Below are positions 1-10,842 of a stretch of 64,000 nt of DNA, piece after piece; the stretch's first letter is position 1, and each line of letters opens with the position of its first letter. Under the pieces are notes generated by a model. It did no database searches. It was not told the DNA's origin and worked only from the letters and a program-made list of their open reading frames with translations. The stretch comes from Histomonas meleagridis 2922-C6/04-290x. Its lineage: Eukaryota; Protista; Parabasalia. The DNA lies in assembly GCA_020184695.1 (NCBI GenBank), contig JAANOX010000033.1, positions 62,001 through 126,000 on the forward strand. Reading direction: 5' to 3'. The translations under genes and the position numbers were made by a program.

Positions 1-1938
1 AAAGTAATAACAAAATATTTTACAAAATTCGTATTTACAATCGGATATTATTGTTAGTAAAGTATTATACATTAAAGAACTGATTTTGTCTTTATCATTT
101 ACCATATGATTAAATGTATTGTTCAACATTGAAATAATTTTTGGAATTTTAATTAAAGGAATATTTTTATTGGAATTAATAACTAAAATTGTTTTCATGT
201 AATTCTTTAATTTTTGTATTATCTTTTCTGGAAGAATTTCATCATTTTGTTCATTGTTATCTTTGGTTAAACAATTTGCTAATTCATTAAATATTTCATT
301 TTTTGGAATTTTGTCTTTAGAATTAATAATTTCCCAAAAATTAATCATTTTATCAATTTGAATTTGAGTTTCATCATCATTATCATCATCATTTTCAAAA
401 GATGCATTAAGTAATCCACTACTATAATCAGTAGAATTTTCGTTTCTGTATTGTTCTATTGCATAAGGAATTACTTCGTCTAAAACTCTTTTTGATGAAG
501 TTACTTCTCTTTTGAGATGTTTAATACAATCTTTAATGATAACATATGCATTACATTTCCGAATTTTTTCAATGTATTCATTCGCAATAGATTTCAAGCA
601 ATAAATTTGGAATTCTTTATCGAATATTATTGAGTTTTCTCTTATTCCAAGAGGGTTTCTTTCTGAAAAGAGATTAAGAAAATAATCCAAAGGTTCAACT
701 TTGTTTGTTGTTGCATTGGTATATATTTTTTGAAAATATAGTTTATAATCTTTATCATCAATTTGATATTTCTCTTGGATATCAAACAAACCCCCTTTTT
801 CATATAATTTTAGGACTTTATAATTAGGTGACAAATGAGGCGGATAAATTATATATTTATAAAAGTCATATAGCATTCCTCGATCAAATAAAATTTTATA
901 ACTTTTATCTACTGTATGTATATCTTCTGGATTTTTGTATATAATTTTGGATGCTAAAAGTAATTCATAACCAGTAATATATATTGTAATAGGGTATGTA
1001 TGTACCCCAAACCCTAATTCAAAGAATTGAAAGCCGCCATAATTTGCAAACATATCTGGTCGGGTAATGTTAGGTGATGTGAATGCTTTTGCCAAACAAT
1101 AGAAAGCTGGGGCACTTTTGTTTCTCGGGATAGATTCAAGTGTTTCTATTAAAATATGATCATATTCACGTATTTTTAATTGCGTCAAAAGAAGAGTATC
1201 AATAAAGGTAAGTGAAAAAAGTTCAACATTATTTGAATAACAATTATGTGCAAGTTTAAAATGTTCATTGGTTAAAAATGTACATGCATGTTGTACAGCA
1301 AGAATGAGATTATGAAATGAATTTATTGGGTTCGATGCACGTCCAAGTGAATAAGTAAGCTCATCATACTTATCAAATAATGAACGAAGGAACATTGGAT
1401 ATGATTCATAAAATGAACTTATAAAATGACAAATAATTTCTTGTTGTTCTTTAAAAACAACAAAAGTTTTAAGAATTGCTAGCAATAAATTAAAAGTAGA
1501 AAAATTAGTATAATAAAAAAAGAGATTTGGAAATGTGACATGGGCAAACAAAATTAAATCAGGTGATTCACATTTGAAATGTTCTAAAATATTATCCATG
1601 AATTCTTTAATTTGATTGCTAAATATCATGCTTGTAATATCTTGAACAAATTTTTGTGCATTTTTGGTAACACCAAAAATAAGATTTTTGCTAGCTTTTG
1701 GATTTTTAAAAGTTGAATAAAAATCAAATATTTCCCTGAAATATAATATATTGTCAAACCCCTTTTGCTGACACAAAAAATTGCATGTGGTGTATGATGA
1801 AATTTGTTGATATATTCGAAAATTGGTGTAATGAGATTCAATAGAATTTTGGATTTTACTTCCTTTATAGTTAGCATAAAAATTTGCCTGATTTTGATAA
1901 GACAATATGTTGTTGATAATTTCTTGTGTTTGATTCAT
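1..1938 (-). CDS. Hypothetical protein, 3' end outside window; paralog of 27740..29821
   Basis: Not in the ORF track because it runs off the left edge. Stop-free minus frame from ATG at 1938 to base 1. Shares blocks with the 27740 ORF: INFWEIINSKDKIPKNEIFNELAN vs INFWKILNNSDEIPLHIIFNELAN, and YNTLLTIISDCKYEFCKIFCYYF vs YNSIVTIVNDCKIEFIKYFCYYF. Confidence 0.85.
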   Translation of the reverse strand, partial: MNQTQEIINNILSYQNQANFYANYKGSKIQNSIESHYTNFRIYQQISSYTTCNFLCQQKGFDNILYFREIFDFYSTFKNPKASKNLIFGVTKNAQKFVQDITSMIFSNQIKEFMDNILEHFKCESPDLILFAHVTFPNLFFYYTNFSTFNLLLAILKTFVVFKEQQEIICHFISSFYESYPMFLRSLFDKYDELTYSLGRASNPINSFHNLILAVQHACTFLTNEHFKLAHNCYSNNVELFSLTFIDTLLLTQLKIREYDHILIETLESIPRNKSAPAFYCLAKAFTSPNITRPDMFANYGGFQFFELGFGVHTYPITIYITGYELLLASKIIYKNPEDIHTVDKSYKILFDRGMLYDFYKYIIYPPHLSPNYKVLKLYEKGGLFDIQEKYQIDDKDYKLYFQKIYTNATTNKVEPLDYFLNLFSERNPLGIRENSIIFDKEFQIYCLKSIANEYIEKIRKCNAYVIIKDCIKHLKREVTSSKRVLDEVIPYAIEQYRNENSTDYSSGLLNASFENDDDNDDETQIQIDKMINFWEIINSKDKIPKNEIFNELANCLTKDNNEQNDEILPEKIIQKLKNYMKTILVINSNKNIPLIKIPKIISMLNNTFNHMVNDKDKISSLMYNTLLTIISDCKYEFCKIFCYYF

Positions 1939-3042
1939 GATTTTTTGAATTTATGCCATTTGATAACGACCGTTTATTATTGAAATTCCAGCAAAAAATT
2001 GGATTCAATAAGACGCTGCCAACCAAATAAACGACTGTTTTAAATCAGAAAATCAATTTTTTTCATTTTCCACTGAATTAAATTTAAAGAAATTTTAATA
2101 AATAAGTATACACATTCTATTCAATAAAATTATTTAACCAAATTTTGTAATATTATTGTCTTTATGAGCAATCTTCAAAATTTCAAAATGCTTTTTTGAG
2201 CTTTAGAATTCAATACAGAAGTTCAAATTCAATAAATATATAGAACTAATAATAGTTAATATTAATTTATATAATTTTTCTATAGTTTTCATTTTGTTTT
2301 TAAGTTATACAAGATTTTCAATATCTTTAGACCAGAGCAAAAATTCAAAAATCTGTCTTTGCAATTTCTTATATTTTATTTGTTCTATGAATAGGATAAT
2401 TCTTGAAACAGTTTATTTATTATTGGAGGCTCTGGACAAAGAAGAAAAAATAACTTTTTGAATTCATTTTGCGGTTACAAATCCAAGATTTGAATGGGCA
2501 AATTTTTATACTTTACAAAATAATTTGATTCATTCCTCCACGAGTGATAGATACTCACAAAAAAGAATCACAAAATAAACAGAAAATAAAAATATTTTAA
2601 ACATTTTTTCCAACAATACTTGTATATACTGGTTTAGATGTGGTTAACTGGTACATCCAGTCTTTGCTTAGATGACCGTTTGTGCATTGTATCGTACGAT
2701 ACAAATTTAAATAAAAAGTGACTAAATTCAAAGGAAATTCTAAAAAAATTATTATATCTTCATAAAAATTTATCTACTGTTCTTATATGTTAAAATTTGA
2801 TATGTATTAAATACATTACAAATAATTTTAAAATTAGAAAGAAATCTATAAGAGGGAAAGTTGGTTGACAGTGTCTTGATCCAATGGATGAACCTCAAAA
2901 AAACATTATCGTCTTGAAACATCATTAAATCATAATTGTGTCTGTTTCCTTTGATTAGTGAATGTAATAAAAGATTAGGCTTTGAGAAAACCTCAAAAAA
3001 TGAAATAACATTTGGTTGGACATGTTATGTGAAAACAGATAA

Positions 3043-3339
3043 ATGGAAGCAGAAAAAATTCTCGAAGAATTTTCAAAAAAGGAAGGAGTCATTGGAACCG
3101 TTGTTACTACTTCAGATGGCGTTCCGATTAAATCAGATTTTTCAGATGATGAAACAAATTTATATTCTTCACTTGTTTCTCATTTTGTTAAGAGGACAAA
3201 GAAAGCTCTTGATAGCATATCTGGTTTAGGAGGTCCTGAGGCTATTCGCGTAAGATCAAAAAAGAATGAAATTGTTATTGCTCCATATAAAAATTTTATT
3301 TTTATTGTTGTTCAAAACCCACTTGCGACCAAAAATTAA
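3043..3339 (+). CDS. Dynein light chain, roadblock/LC7 family
   Basis: 98 aa with KEGVIGTVVTTSDGVPIKS and IRVRSKKNEIVIAP, typical of roadblock/LC7. Confidence 0.9.
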   Translation: MEAEKILEEFSKKEGVIGTVVTTSDGVPIKSDFSDDETNLYSSLVSHFVKRTKKALDSISGLGGPEAIRVRSKKNEIVIAPYKNFIFIVVQNPLATKN

Positions 3340-3510
3340 TAGTAAATGTGTATAGTTATTATATTTCCCTTATACAGCAATAAGAATAATAATTTTTCAT
3401 TTTGAATTATCGCTACTCTTTTGCAAACTTCTATTGTAAAAAACACACTATTTATTAGATTAAGGATAGAAAGTTTTTTATTAAATTTTAATTCCGCAAT
3501 GATTTTTCAT

Positions 3511-5103
3511 TTAATTCCATGTTAAAATTATGAACATTATTGTGAAAGAAATGATGAAGAACATTATCATTAAATGTAACCAAACATTTGATGATCTCTT
3601 CAATTTATATTCATCATAATCCTTATAAATTGATTCATCAAAAACATTACTTTCGTTCTTATTATGGAATGGATTCCAAACTTGCGCAAAGAAAGGATTC
3701 ACTTTCGCAATTTCATCATAGTTCCAAGGAATTGGATCACATTTCGGACACCAGTGACCACCTTTTAATACTGTATTAGGTGTCATTTCGAATGTATGTC
3801 CAAAAGCGCATTTCCATTTAAGGGGTTTATATAAATTTCCTTTTTCCATTTCATTAGAAAGACATTCACCACCTCTAAAATGAGCCGCTTTTTTCATATC
3901 TTCCAAACCTAATTCGGAAATTGGTTTAGTTTCATCATATCCATGATCTAAATATGTGATTTGTTTTGATGGAGGTGAAAGATTTGTTAATTCCCATGTT
4001 TTTGGTACTTTTTTCCATTCTTCATATGATCCAAAGTATGCTTTAATTCTTGTTTCATCTTTTTCTTTCAGCCATGTAAGAGTACCAAATCTTTTATCAT
4101 AAGCAATTGCTTTCATAAACATTTTCCCAATTGCATTTGCAGCTAGGTAGGTATATTTAAAGAACCATGGTAAATTCCTTTTCATATTCTTGAAATATTC
4201 TTTGATTGGAATGTTATGACGGAAATGAAGAATTTTATCAAGTTCATCACTATCTGAAAACCATTGACCATGGAAATTACGTGTAATAAACCAATTAGGT
4301 TCAAATAATTTTTGTGGTGCATTATGCCCCATTCCAATTGCATGAAGGATTTTTTCTTCAAACTCATAGTTTGTTAATCTATATTCTTCCCCTGATCCGA
4401 TATTATAGAATTTTCTCCAAAACGTTTCTGGAACATCATCATTAAGAACATTACACATAAGCGTGGCACTATCTTCAATGGTTGCCCATTCTAAAACACC
4501 TCTAAGAACAATATGAAATACAATTGGACCAATGTTATAAAGAAGACCTGGATGAAGAATTCCTGATTGTCTTAATGAAACCCAATGCTTAAGTCCAGAT
4601 TCTGAAAATACACGTTCTGCTTGTACTTTAGAAATTGCATAATGATCATAAATGGAAATGTTAATTGGATCACCACATCGTCCCCAATGTATTGGATCAT
4701 TACGATCGCCTGTTTCAGCAACTGTACCAATGTATATAACTTTGATATCATCTGAATTAAGTCGTGATTTAACTGCTTTAACAATGTTTTCGGCTGCTTT
4801 GTCATTAACTTCAAATGTTTTCTTCGGATAGTAATCAGCTGTTGGTGATACAAGACCACCAATATGAAGAACATAATCGCAACCTTCAACACATTCCAAA
4901 ACGCTTTTGTAGTCTCGAAGATCTCCCCAAACAATTGATACTCTTGGGTCGTTTTTGTAAGGTAAAAATAATCTTCGTGTTTTTTGATCATCAAGAAGTA
5001 ACAAAACAATGTTAAGATCTTTTCTTCTACGATATATCTCGATGAATGATGCGTGTTCCATGACTCCGGATGCACCTGTAATGAAAACTTTTTTGGCTGA
5101 CAT
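3511..5103 (-). CDS. NAD(P)-dependent epimerase/dehydratase (extended SDR) with C-terminal Cys/His knuckle and hydrophobic tail; bacterial-like
   Basis: N-terminal VFITGASGVM Rossmann motif, catalytic YAISK (YxxxK), WKCAFGH...GGHWCPKC metal-binding-like motif, C-terminal VWLHLMIMFFIISFTIMFIILTW hydrophobic stretch. Confidence 0.85.
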   Translation of the reverse strand: MSAKKVFITGASGVMEHASFIEIYRRRKDLNIVLLLLDDQKTRRLFLPYKNDPRVSIVWGDLRDYKSVLECVEGCDYVLHIGGLVSPTADYYPKKTFEVNDKAAENIVKAVKSRLNSDDIKVIYIGTVAETGDRNDPIHWGRCGDPINISIYDHYAISKVQAERVFSESGLKHWVSLRQSGILHPGLLYNIGPIVFHIVLRGVLEWATIEDSATLMCNVLNDDVPETFWRKFYNIGSGEEYRLTNYEFEEKILHAIGMGHNAPQKLFEPNWFITRNFHGQWFSDSDELDKILHFRHNIPIKEYFKNMKRNLPWFFKYTYLAANAIGKMFMKAIAYDKRFGTLTWLKEKDETRIKAYFGSYEEWKKVPKTWELTNLSPPSKQITYLDHGYDETKPISELGLEDMKKAAHFRGGECLSNEMEKGNLYKPLKWKCAFGHTFEMTPNTVLKGGHWCPKCDPIPWNYDEIAKVNPFFAQVWNPFHNKNESNVFDESIYKDYDEYKLKRSSNVWLHLMIMFFIISFTIMFIILTWN

Positions 5104-5272
5104 GAAGAATAATGATTCTTTACGGTTATCTATTCAATTATGCCTTTTTGAAGGATGTTACTCCGGTGCGAATCATTGACCGCCGATGATGTAAATCATT
5201 TAAATAACCGCTTATTATCTCAAATTTGAATTATTTTTTTCTGAAAATTTCAATATCTTACAGGTTTTTGAG

Positions 5273-5290
5273 AAGTTCTCCGGAGAACTT
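5273..5290. repeat. Perfect 18-bp palindrome AAGTTCTCCGGAGAACTT
   Basis: Equals its own reverse complement; about 170 bp upstream of the ATG at 5103. Confidence 0.9.
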
Positions 5291-5499
5291 TACAACCCCT
5301 ATGAACCGTTATCACCGAGATTCCAACGGAAATTGTGAGAGTGATTTTATATACTTACAATTTTATTTAGTTTACACGCATCGCCATTGAAATCATTGCT
5401 TTTGTATTTTTTCAAAAATGTCCTAGATGATTCGATCAATATTGGAAGCAAATGTATAAAATACAAACTCGAATGGATAAATTAGACACCAAAAAGAAA

Positions 5500-7050
5500 A
5501 AATTCATCACTGAATAATAATTATAATATATCGAATAAATAAAAACTGTGTAATCATAATAAATAAATTCTGTTTCGATATAAATATAATATGAATTAAT
5601 TGTAATTAGTGAAAGTGATTTTGTTTGTATTTCATAATAAGTAAATGAAGGTGTTATTGATAATGTGATTGTTAATGAATATCAAAATGATTTCGTTAAA
5701 TCATTTCGAAATTATATAGTAAATGTATTTGACTTACAAAATTATTACTATGTCTGAATGTGGTGCTGAAAATGTATTTGAATTTGAATATGTATAACTT
5801 ATACTAAATGCATTTAGTATATATTGAGTATATTATATACATATATTAATATACATATATTAAGTATCATGATACTGAAAACGAAATTGTTGAAATCGAG
5901 CTGCAGTTTCCTTCTGATGATTTGGTGCTGACTGTTAATTCTCCAAATTTCCCATATATGTTGAATATGTTATAACAAGAGTTATAACATTTAAAAAATG
6001 CATTATCTCCAATATTTGATTCTCTTTCTCCATAATATTAAATACATTCAAGTGCAATACAATTACCAAATGCTGAACCTCCAATATCTTTTATTCCATA
6101 GCCAAGTGTTAATATTCTTAAATTAGAGCATATTGAAAATGCATAACTGCCAATCGTTATAACTGGATTTGGAATTGTAATGCTTTTGATTGGTGAACAT
6201 AATGAAAATGCTGCAGTATCAATTCTTGTAACATTTTCTTTAAAAATAATCGTTTCCAATTGTGAACATAAAGAAAAAACATAAATCCCAATATCTGATA
6301 TAGAATTACCAAAATTAACTGAGGTAACAGATTACCATTCTACAAATATATTATTTGGAATGAAATAAATTCCTTCACCAATGTTTATAAATTTCGTGAT
6401 GTTTTGATATTAAAATCATTTAAATTTGTTATTATTAATGTTGATTTATTATCATAAAATATTTGAAAGTAATTTATGATAAACATAAAAAAATTTAGAA
6501 CATGTTTATGTTTTTTACTTACGATTTTGTAAATGAATGTGTTGAAATTGGTGAATAAACATCACTAGTATCATCATTATTCACTGGAAATGGTTCAAAT
6601 ATTGTTTCTTTATATGTTAAATATGTAATAATTTTTACATTAACTTATGAAAATGTATTTTTGTCAATATACTGTTCTGGATTGCCAAAATAATAAATGC
6701 ATCGAAGGTTACATCATTTCGAAATGAGGAATTACTAGCTTCTTTTAATCTTGTTCCAAGTGTTAATATCGTTAAATTATAACAATTAGAAAATACTGAA
6801 TCTCAAGGTTTTGAACCAAATTTGGAAGTGTAATACTTAGTGAGAACAAAATGAAATGCTGAATCACGAATTGTTGTAATATTTCCTCCAAAAATAATCG
6901 TTTCCAAATATGAGCATGATGAAAATACTGAATTTCCCTAATGATTTACAAAGTTACCAAAATGAATATAATTAACTATTTTGCAAATTATTCACCAGGA
7001 ATTTCAACAATTTTTTCACCAATAAAAATATATTCAGTTTATTATGTAAA
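5500..7050 (-). pseudogene. Degenerate BspA-like (TpLRR) surface protein with Ser/Thr/Tyr-rich stalk remnant
   Basis: Two broken LRR blocks (about 6040-6330 ETIIFKENVTRIDTAAFSLCSPIKSITIPNPVITIGSYAFSICSNL; about 6700-6970 ETIIFGGNITTIRDSAF) with stops and frameshifts. Stalk segment 5511-5672 reads TLSITPSFTYYEIQTKS...YIETEFIYYDYT. Boundaries approximate. Confidence 0.7.
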
Positions 7051-7616
7051 ATCATATGAATTATCTATTAAAATTGTAAAATTACAATCATCAAAAAATA
7101 TTTGAAAAAAATTCATGAAAAAAGGAGCAAAAGCAAAAAATTTTTATTGAAATCAGTTCAACAAATTAATATTTTTTCGTTGAATGAAAATCACTTTATC
7201 ATAAGAAGACCAATACTTGAAGCTAAAATATTAATGTGTTTACTAAATCTTGAACTGTTTTTTATATGGTCACCCAAGAATTATTGAAGTTGTTTATGTT
7301 TTACTAAAGCTTTCATGTTTAGATATGTCATCATCAAAATTCTTGAAGAATGAATATATTCCAAAAATTATGTTTATCAGAAAATTCATCCTATATAAAT
7401 CAACAAATGAGTTTAAGCATATATTAACCTTATTCTTCTTCAAAAAATTAAATCAAATTAAACTCAATTGTCAAGACTAAACGATTACCTAAACAATAGA
7501 AAATAAATTAAACGATTGTTTTATATTCAATTCATAAGTTCTCCTCATGTTAATTTTAACCTCCAAAATTCACAGGGAAATTTCACATATACTGTGAAAA
7601 TAGCTACCAACAATCA

Positions 7617-8708
7617 ATGCAAAAGACTCACGTTCAGAACCCAGGGAAGGTATTTACACCAGGTTTTTCAACAATAGATTGCCGGAGAGTTGTTCCTTCT
7701 CGCTCTTCAGCTGATAAGCAAGGAGTATCTGGCGAACATTGTGATCTTACATCACTTCCAGCGTTTGGAAGCAAATGGGTTCTTGTAGAAACAAAAGGTG
7801 ATCCTCCACGTCAATGTAGTGGTCAATCCATTGAGTATGATCCACTAACGCAAACAATTTATTGCGCATATGGCACGAATGTCAATGAATCCTACTCATC
7901 ACAATTTTGGAAATACTCTCTTCAAGATAACACATGGTCACGTCTTATTGTTAGCAATGCCACTCCACATGCAAATTGCGGATCAACATTATTTAATAAC
8001 AAATTATGGTTTTTTGGCGGACTTTCAAGTCCTAAAGTTCCTGTTGGTGATCTCCATTATCTAGATCTCAAAACCCTCGAAATAATTCATCCAGAAACTT
8101 CGGGACCATCACCAAATCCATGTGCAAATCCTTTAATGATGAGTTCACCTCCCTATATCATTGTGTTAGCTCACACGTCAGCATCTGATCCATCCACAAT
8201 TCATCTTCTTAATACAGATACACTCGAATGGCAAATGATTACAACTGATTGCATCTTTCGGCAAGGCGCTTGGGGCTCTATTGTTGGCTCTAACTTGTAC
8301 ATATTTGGTCTCTCTATTCCCAAGACTGTTCTAAAGTTAAATCTCCTCGATCTTCAAATTAAAGTTCTTCCTACAACTGGATCAGAGCCATTAAAACTTG
8401 ATACATTAGCAACAGTTTCACCCGGTTCTGTGATATTTGCATTCGAAACTCTAGGTGCAGAATCAAGAACACGATTATTTGTGTTTGATTGTGATAGGGC
8501 TGTTTGGTATTGTTATTCACTCGATTACAAAATCGAGGAAATAGAAAACACTTCGCCAAAGTCAATTTTCTACATAGAAAGCAGGAGAACGTTAATTGCA
8601 GTTTGGGAAAGTGACGACGATACGAAGCAGCCGTTAGCTGAATTGCCTGTTGGAAGCTCACTCTCAGTTATACATCTAAAATTAGACATCTTGAAAATGC
8701 TTAAATAA
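7617..8708 (+). CDS. Kelch-repeat (beta-propeller) protein
   Basis: Kelch-like GG/W motifs: QFWKYSLQDNTWSRL, KLWFFGGLSS, NTDTLEWQMI, NLYIFG. Confidence 0.8.
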   Translation: MQKTHVQNPGKVFTPGFSTIDCRRVVPSRSSADKQGVSGEHCDLTSLPAFGSKWVLVETKGDPPRQCSGQSIEYDPLTQTIYCAYGTNVNESYSSQFWKYSLQDNTWSRLIVSNATPHANCGSTLFNNKLWFFGGLSSPKVPVGDLHYLDLKTLEIIHPETSGPSPNPCANPLMMSSPPYIIVLAHTSASDPSTIHLLNTDTLEWQMITTDCIFRQGAWGSIVGSNLYIFGLSIPKTVLKLNLLDLQIKVLPTTGSEPLKLDTLATVSPGSVIFAFETLGAESRTRLFVFDCDRAVWYCYSLDYKIEEIENTSPKSIFYIESRRTLIAVWESDDDTKQPLAELPVGSSLSVIHLKLDILKMLK

Positions 8709-8951
8709 AAACTTATATGTAATCGGTTTTGTAATTGTAAGGAAGAAATAATGTGTGAGTAAAAAGAAATCAATTAAATGTTCTATTAAAAATACCAAAA
8801 ACAAAATAGAATCACATATATAAATGCAGAAAGATATAAAAAGATAAAAATGAAAAGAATATGTCATGTGAAAATTAGATAGTAAATTTTGAAATATTAA
8901 TAGATTTTTTAAAAAGAACTGTATGATTTATTTTTACTAATATGGATAGTT

Positions 8952-9476
8952 CTAATTTAGGTATTTACGACCAAAACGGAGAAAGACAAAAGAAATCACA
9001 AGACCAATAGTGGTTGGAATTAAAAAGTCCGCAAGTGTATATGTAAACGAACCTTTCCTGTAAAATCCATAGGAATAAATGGACTTGGTATTAATAGGGA
9101 CGTAGCATACTTCTATCGAATTTTCCGAAAAAATTGTGATAGAGAGATGACCATACTCCGGAATAAATATATCTGATATATAAACTCCACTTGTTTCTGG
9201 ATTGAATATTAAGGAAAATACTCTACTATTAATTTTGATTTTGCATGTTGTATTATCAAGCACAATAACTTGAACAGGAACCTTCCCAATTTGGAAAGAA
9301 AATGATGTTTTATTAAAATTCGCTTTCATGAGTTTAGTTGATATTTGTTTGATTTCGAATTCTTTTGTTTCATTCTGTATATTTTGAACCCAAATGCCTG
9401 GGATATATTTGTAGAGGTTTAGCTCTGAGAATTTGCGTGAAAATGATATGGAAAATAAACAAAAAAGGAAAACCAT
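8952..9476 (-). CDS. Hypothetical type I membrane protein
   Basis: Signal-peptide-like MVFLFCLFSISFS and C-terminal TM FLIPTTIGLVISFVFL followed by RFGRK. Confidence 0.75.
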   Translation of the reverse strand: MVFLFCLFSISFSRKFSELNLYKYIPGIWVQNIQNETKEFEIKQISTKLMKANFNKTSFSFQIGKVPVQVIVLDNTTCKIKINSRVFSLIFNPETSGVYISDIFIPEYGHLSITIFSENSIEVCYVPINTKSIYSYGFYRKGSFTYTLADFLIPTTIGLVISFVFLRFGRKYLN

Positions 9477-10199
9477 TCCCTAAATCCCATTTCTTAAGAA
9501 ATTGATCGTAATGTCTTTCAATTTCATGACTTCAATACGAAATAATAAAACAAAGAACTAAAGGAGTTCCATATGGAACGTTTCAAGATAGTTATCAAGG
9601 CTTACGCACAACTAATTTATGTAGATCGATAAAATAATGTTCAAATTAATTTCCAACATTATATTTTAAAACATATCATACTCATAATAATCCCTAGAAT
9701 AATTACATTTACTTTAATATTTAAAATGGTTATATTTTTATTCATATTCAAATGTGTAATTCAAATATACAATTACTTCAATCATATAATAAACTGAAAA
9801 AGTAATCAGTTTACAAAAAAATATCAGATGTCATCATTGATTATCCTCCTTTAAAGGAGAAAGTAATTCGTTTTAATAAGAAGACATATTAAGGAAATGA
9901 CATTTTAAGTTGTTATTATGAGTTATTATACACTCAATCTCCTTCCAAATAGCTCTTCTTATTTTCTTGTCTTAAAATGAAAAAAAATTTAAGGCACCTT
10001 GAATACATTCTTTTATTTAATCTTTATTAAGCAAAGACATTTTTAAGGTTGTATTTTATGAATATATTTGTATTTATTATAACTTTTAATTTAAACGATT
10101 TTAATTAACCCATATAGAAAAAGAAATATTACATTTATATTTTTAGAAATGTTTTAATTCATTCAACTCCTTTTTATCGCAAAGGGAATAATTTTAAAT

Positions 10200-10658
10200 A
10201 TATCAAATGTTCTATCTGTTTCATATACATATACTGAATTAGTGCAAAGTGATATAACAAAAGCATTTCCATTCACATTAACGTATAATTGTCTGTAACG
10301 AATACATTATCAATTACACATTCATTAACTGTTTATGGAACTCAAACGAAGTCATTTTCATTCCTTATAAATAATTCAACTTTTTCTTATATTGAAACAG
10401 AATTTATTTATTATAATTACACTGTTGTTGTTTATTCAACATATTATAACTATTATTCCAATATCTAAACAGTTTTATATAACTGAATTACAATCAAATG
10501 ATAATAATAAAACAACAATCACTGTTATTATTGTATGTGTTCTGGTTATAATTAAAATATCATTACTTATTGTATTAATAATTCGTATTCGAAGTAAAAA
10601 AGCTGAAATTAGTGAAATTCAGAACAAAAAAATAAAAACTAAACTACATATAAATTAA
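10200..10658 (+). pseudogene. Degenerate C-terminal stalk and TM segment of a BspA-like surface protein; paralog of 5511-5672
   Basis: 10298-10459 reads TLSITHSLTVYGTQTKSFSFLINNSTFSYIETEFIYYNYTVVVYSTYYNYYS; after a frameshift comes TM ITVIIVCVLVIIKISLLIVLII and basic tail RIRSKK. Confidence 0.65.
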
Positions 10659-10842
10659 CAACATGGATATATCTATTTCTAATATTTAAGAAGATCCTTT
10701 TGTCATAATTGTACAAATAACCATTTAAATCTCGATCATAAAATTCTATTTTAATAACATCATTAAGTTTTTTTGATTAAACTTATTTAAATATTTTCAA
10801 GAGAACAATGATATCTTCAAACAAATTTATTTATATTTGTGA

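Noticed and set aside
1626-1877. 83-aa minus-strand ORF
   Set aside because: Different frame inside the longer gene running from 1938 off the window edge.
2400-2490. Possible P-loop GTPase relic (LFIIGGSGQRRKNNFLNSFCG)
   Set aside because: Too short and degenerate (no GKS/T) to support.
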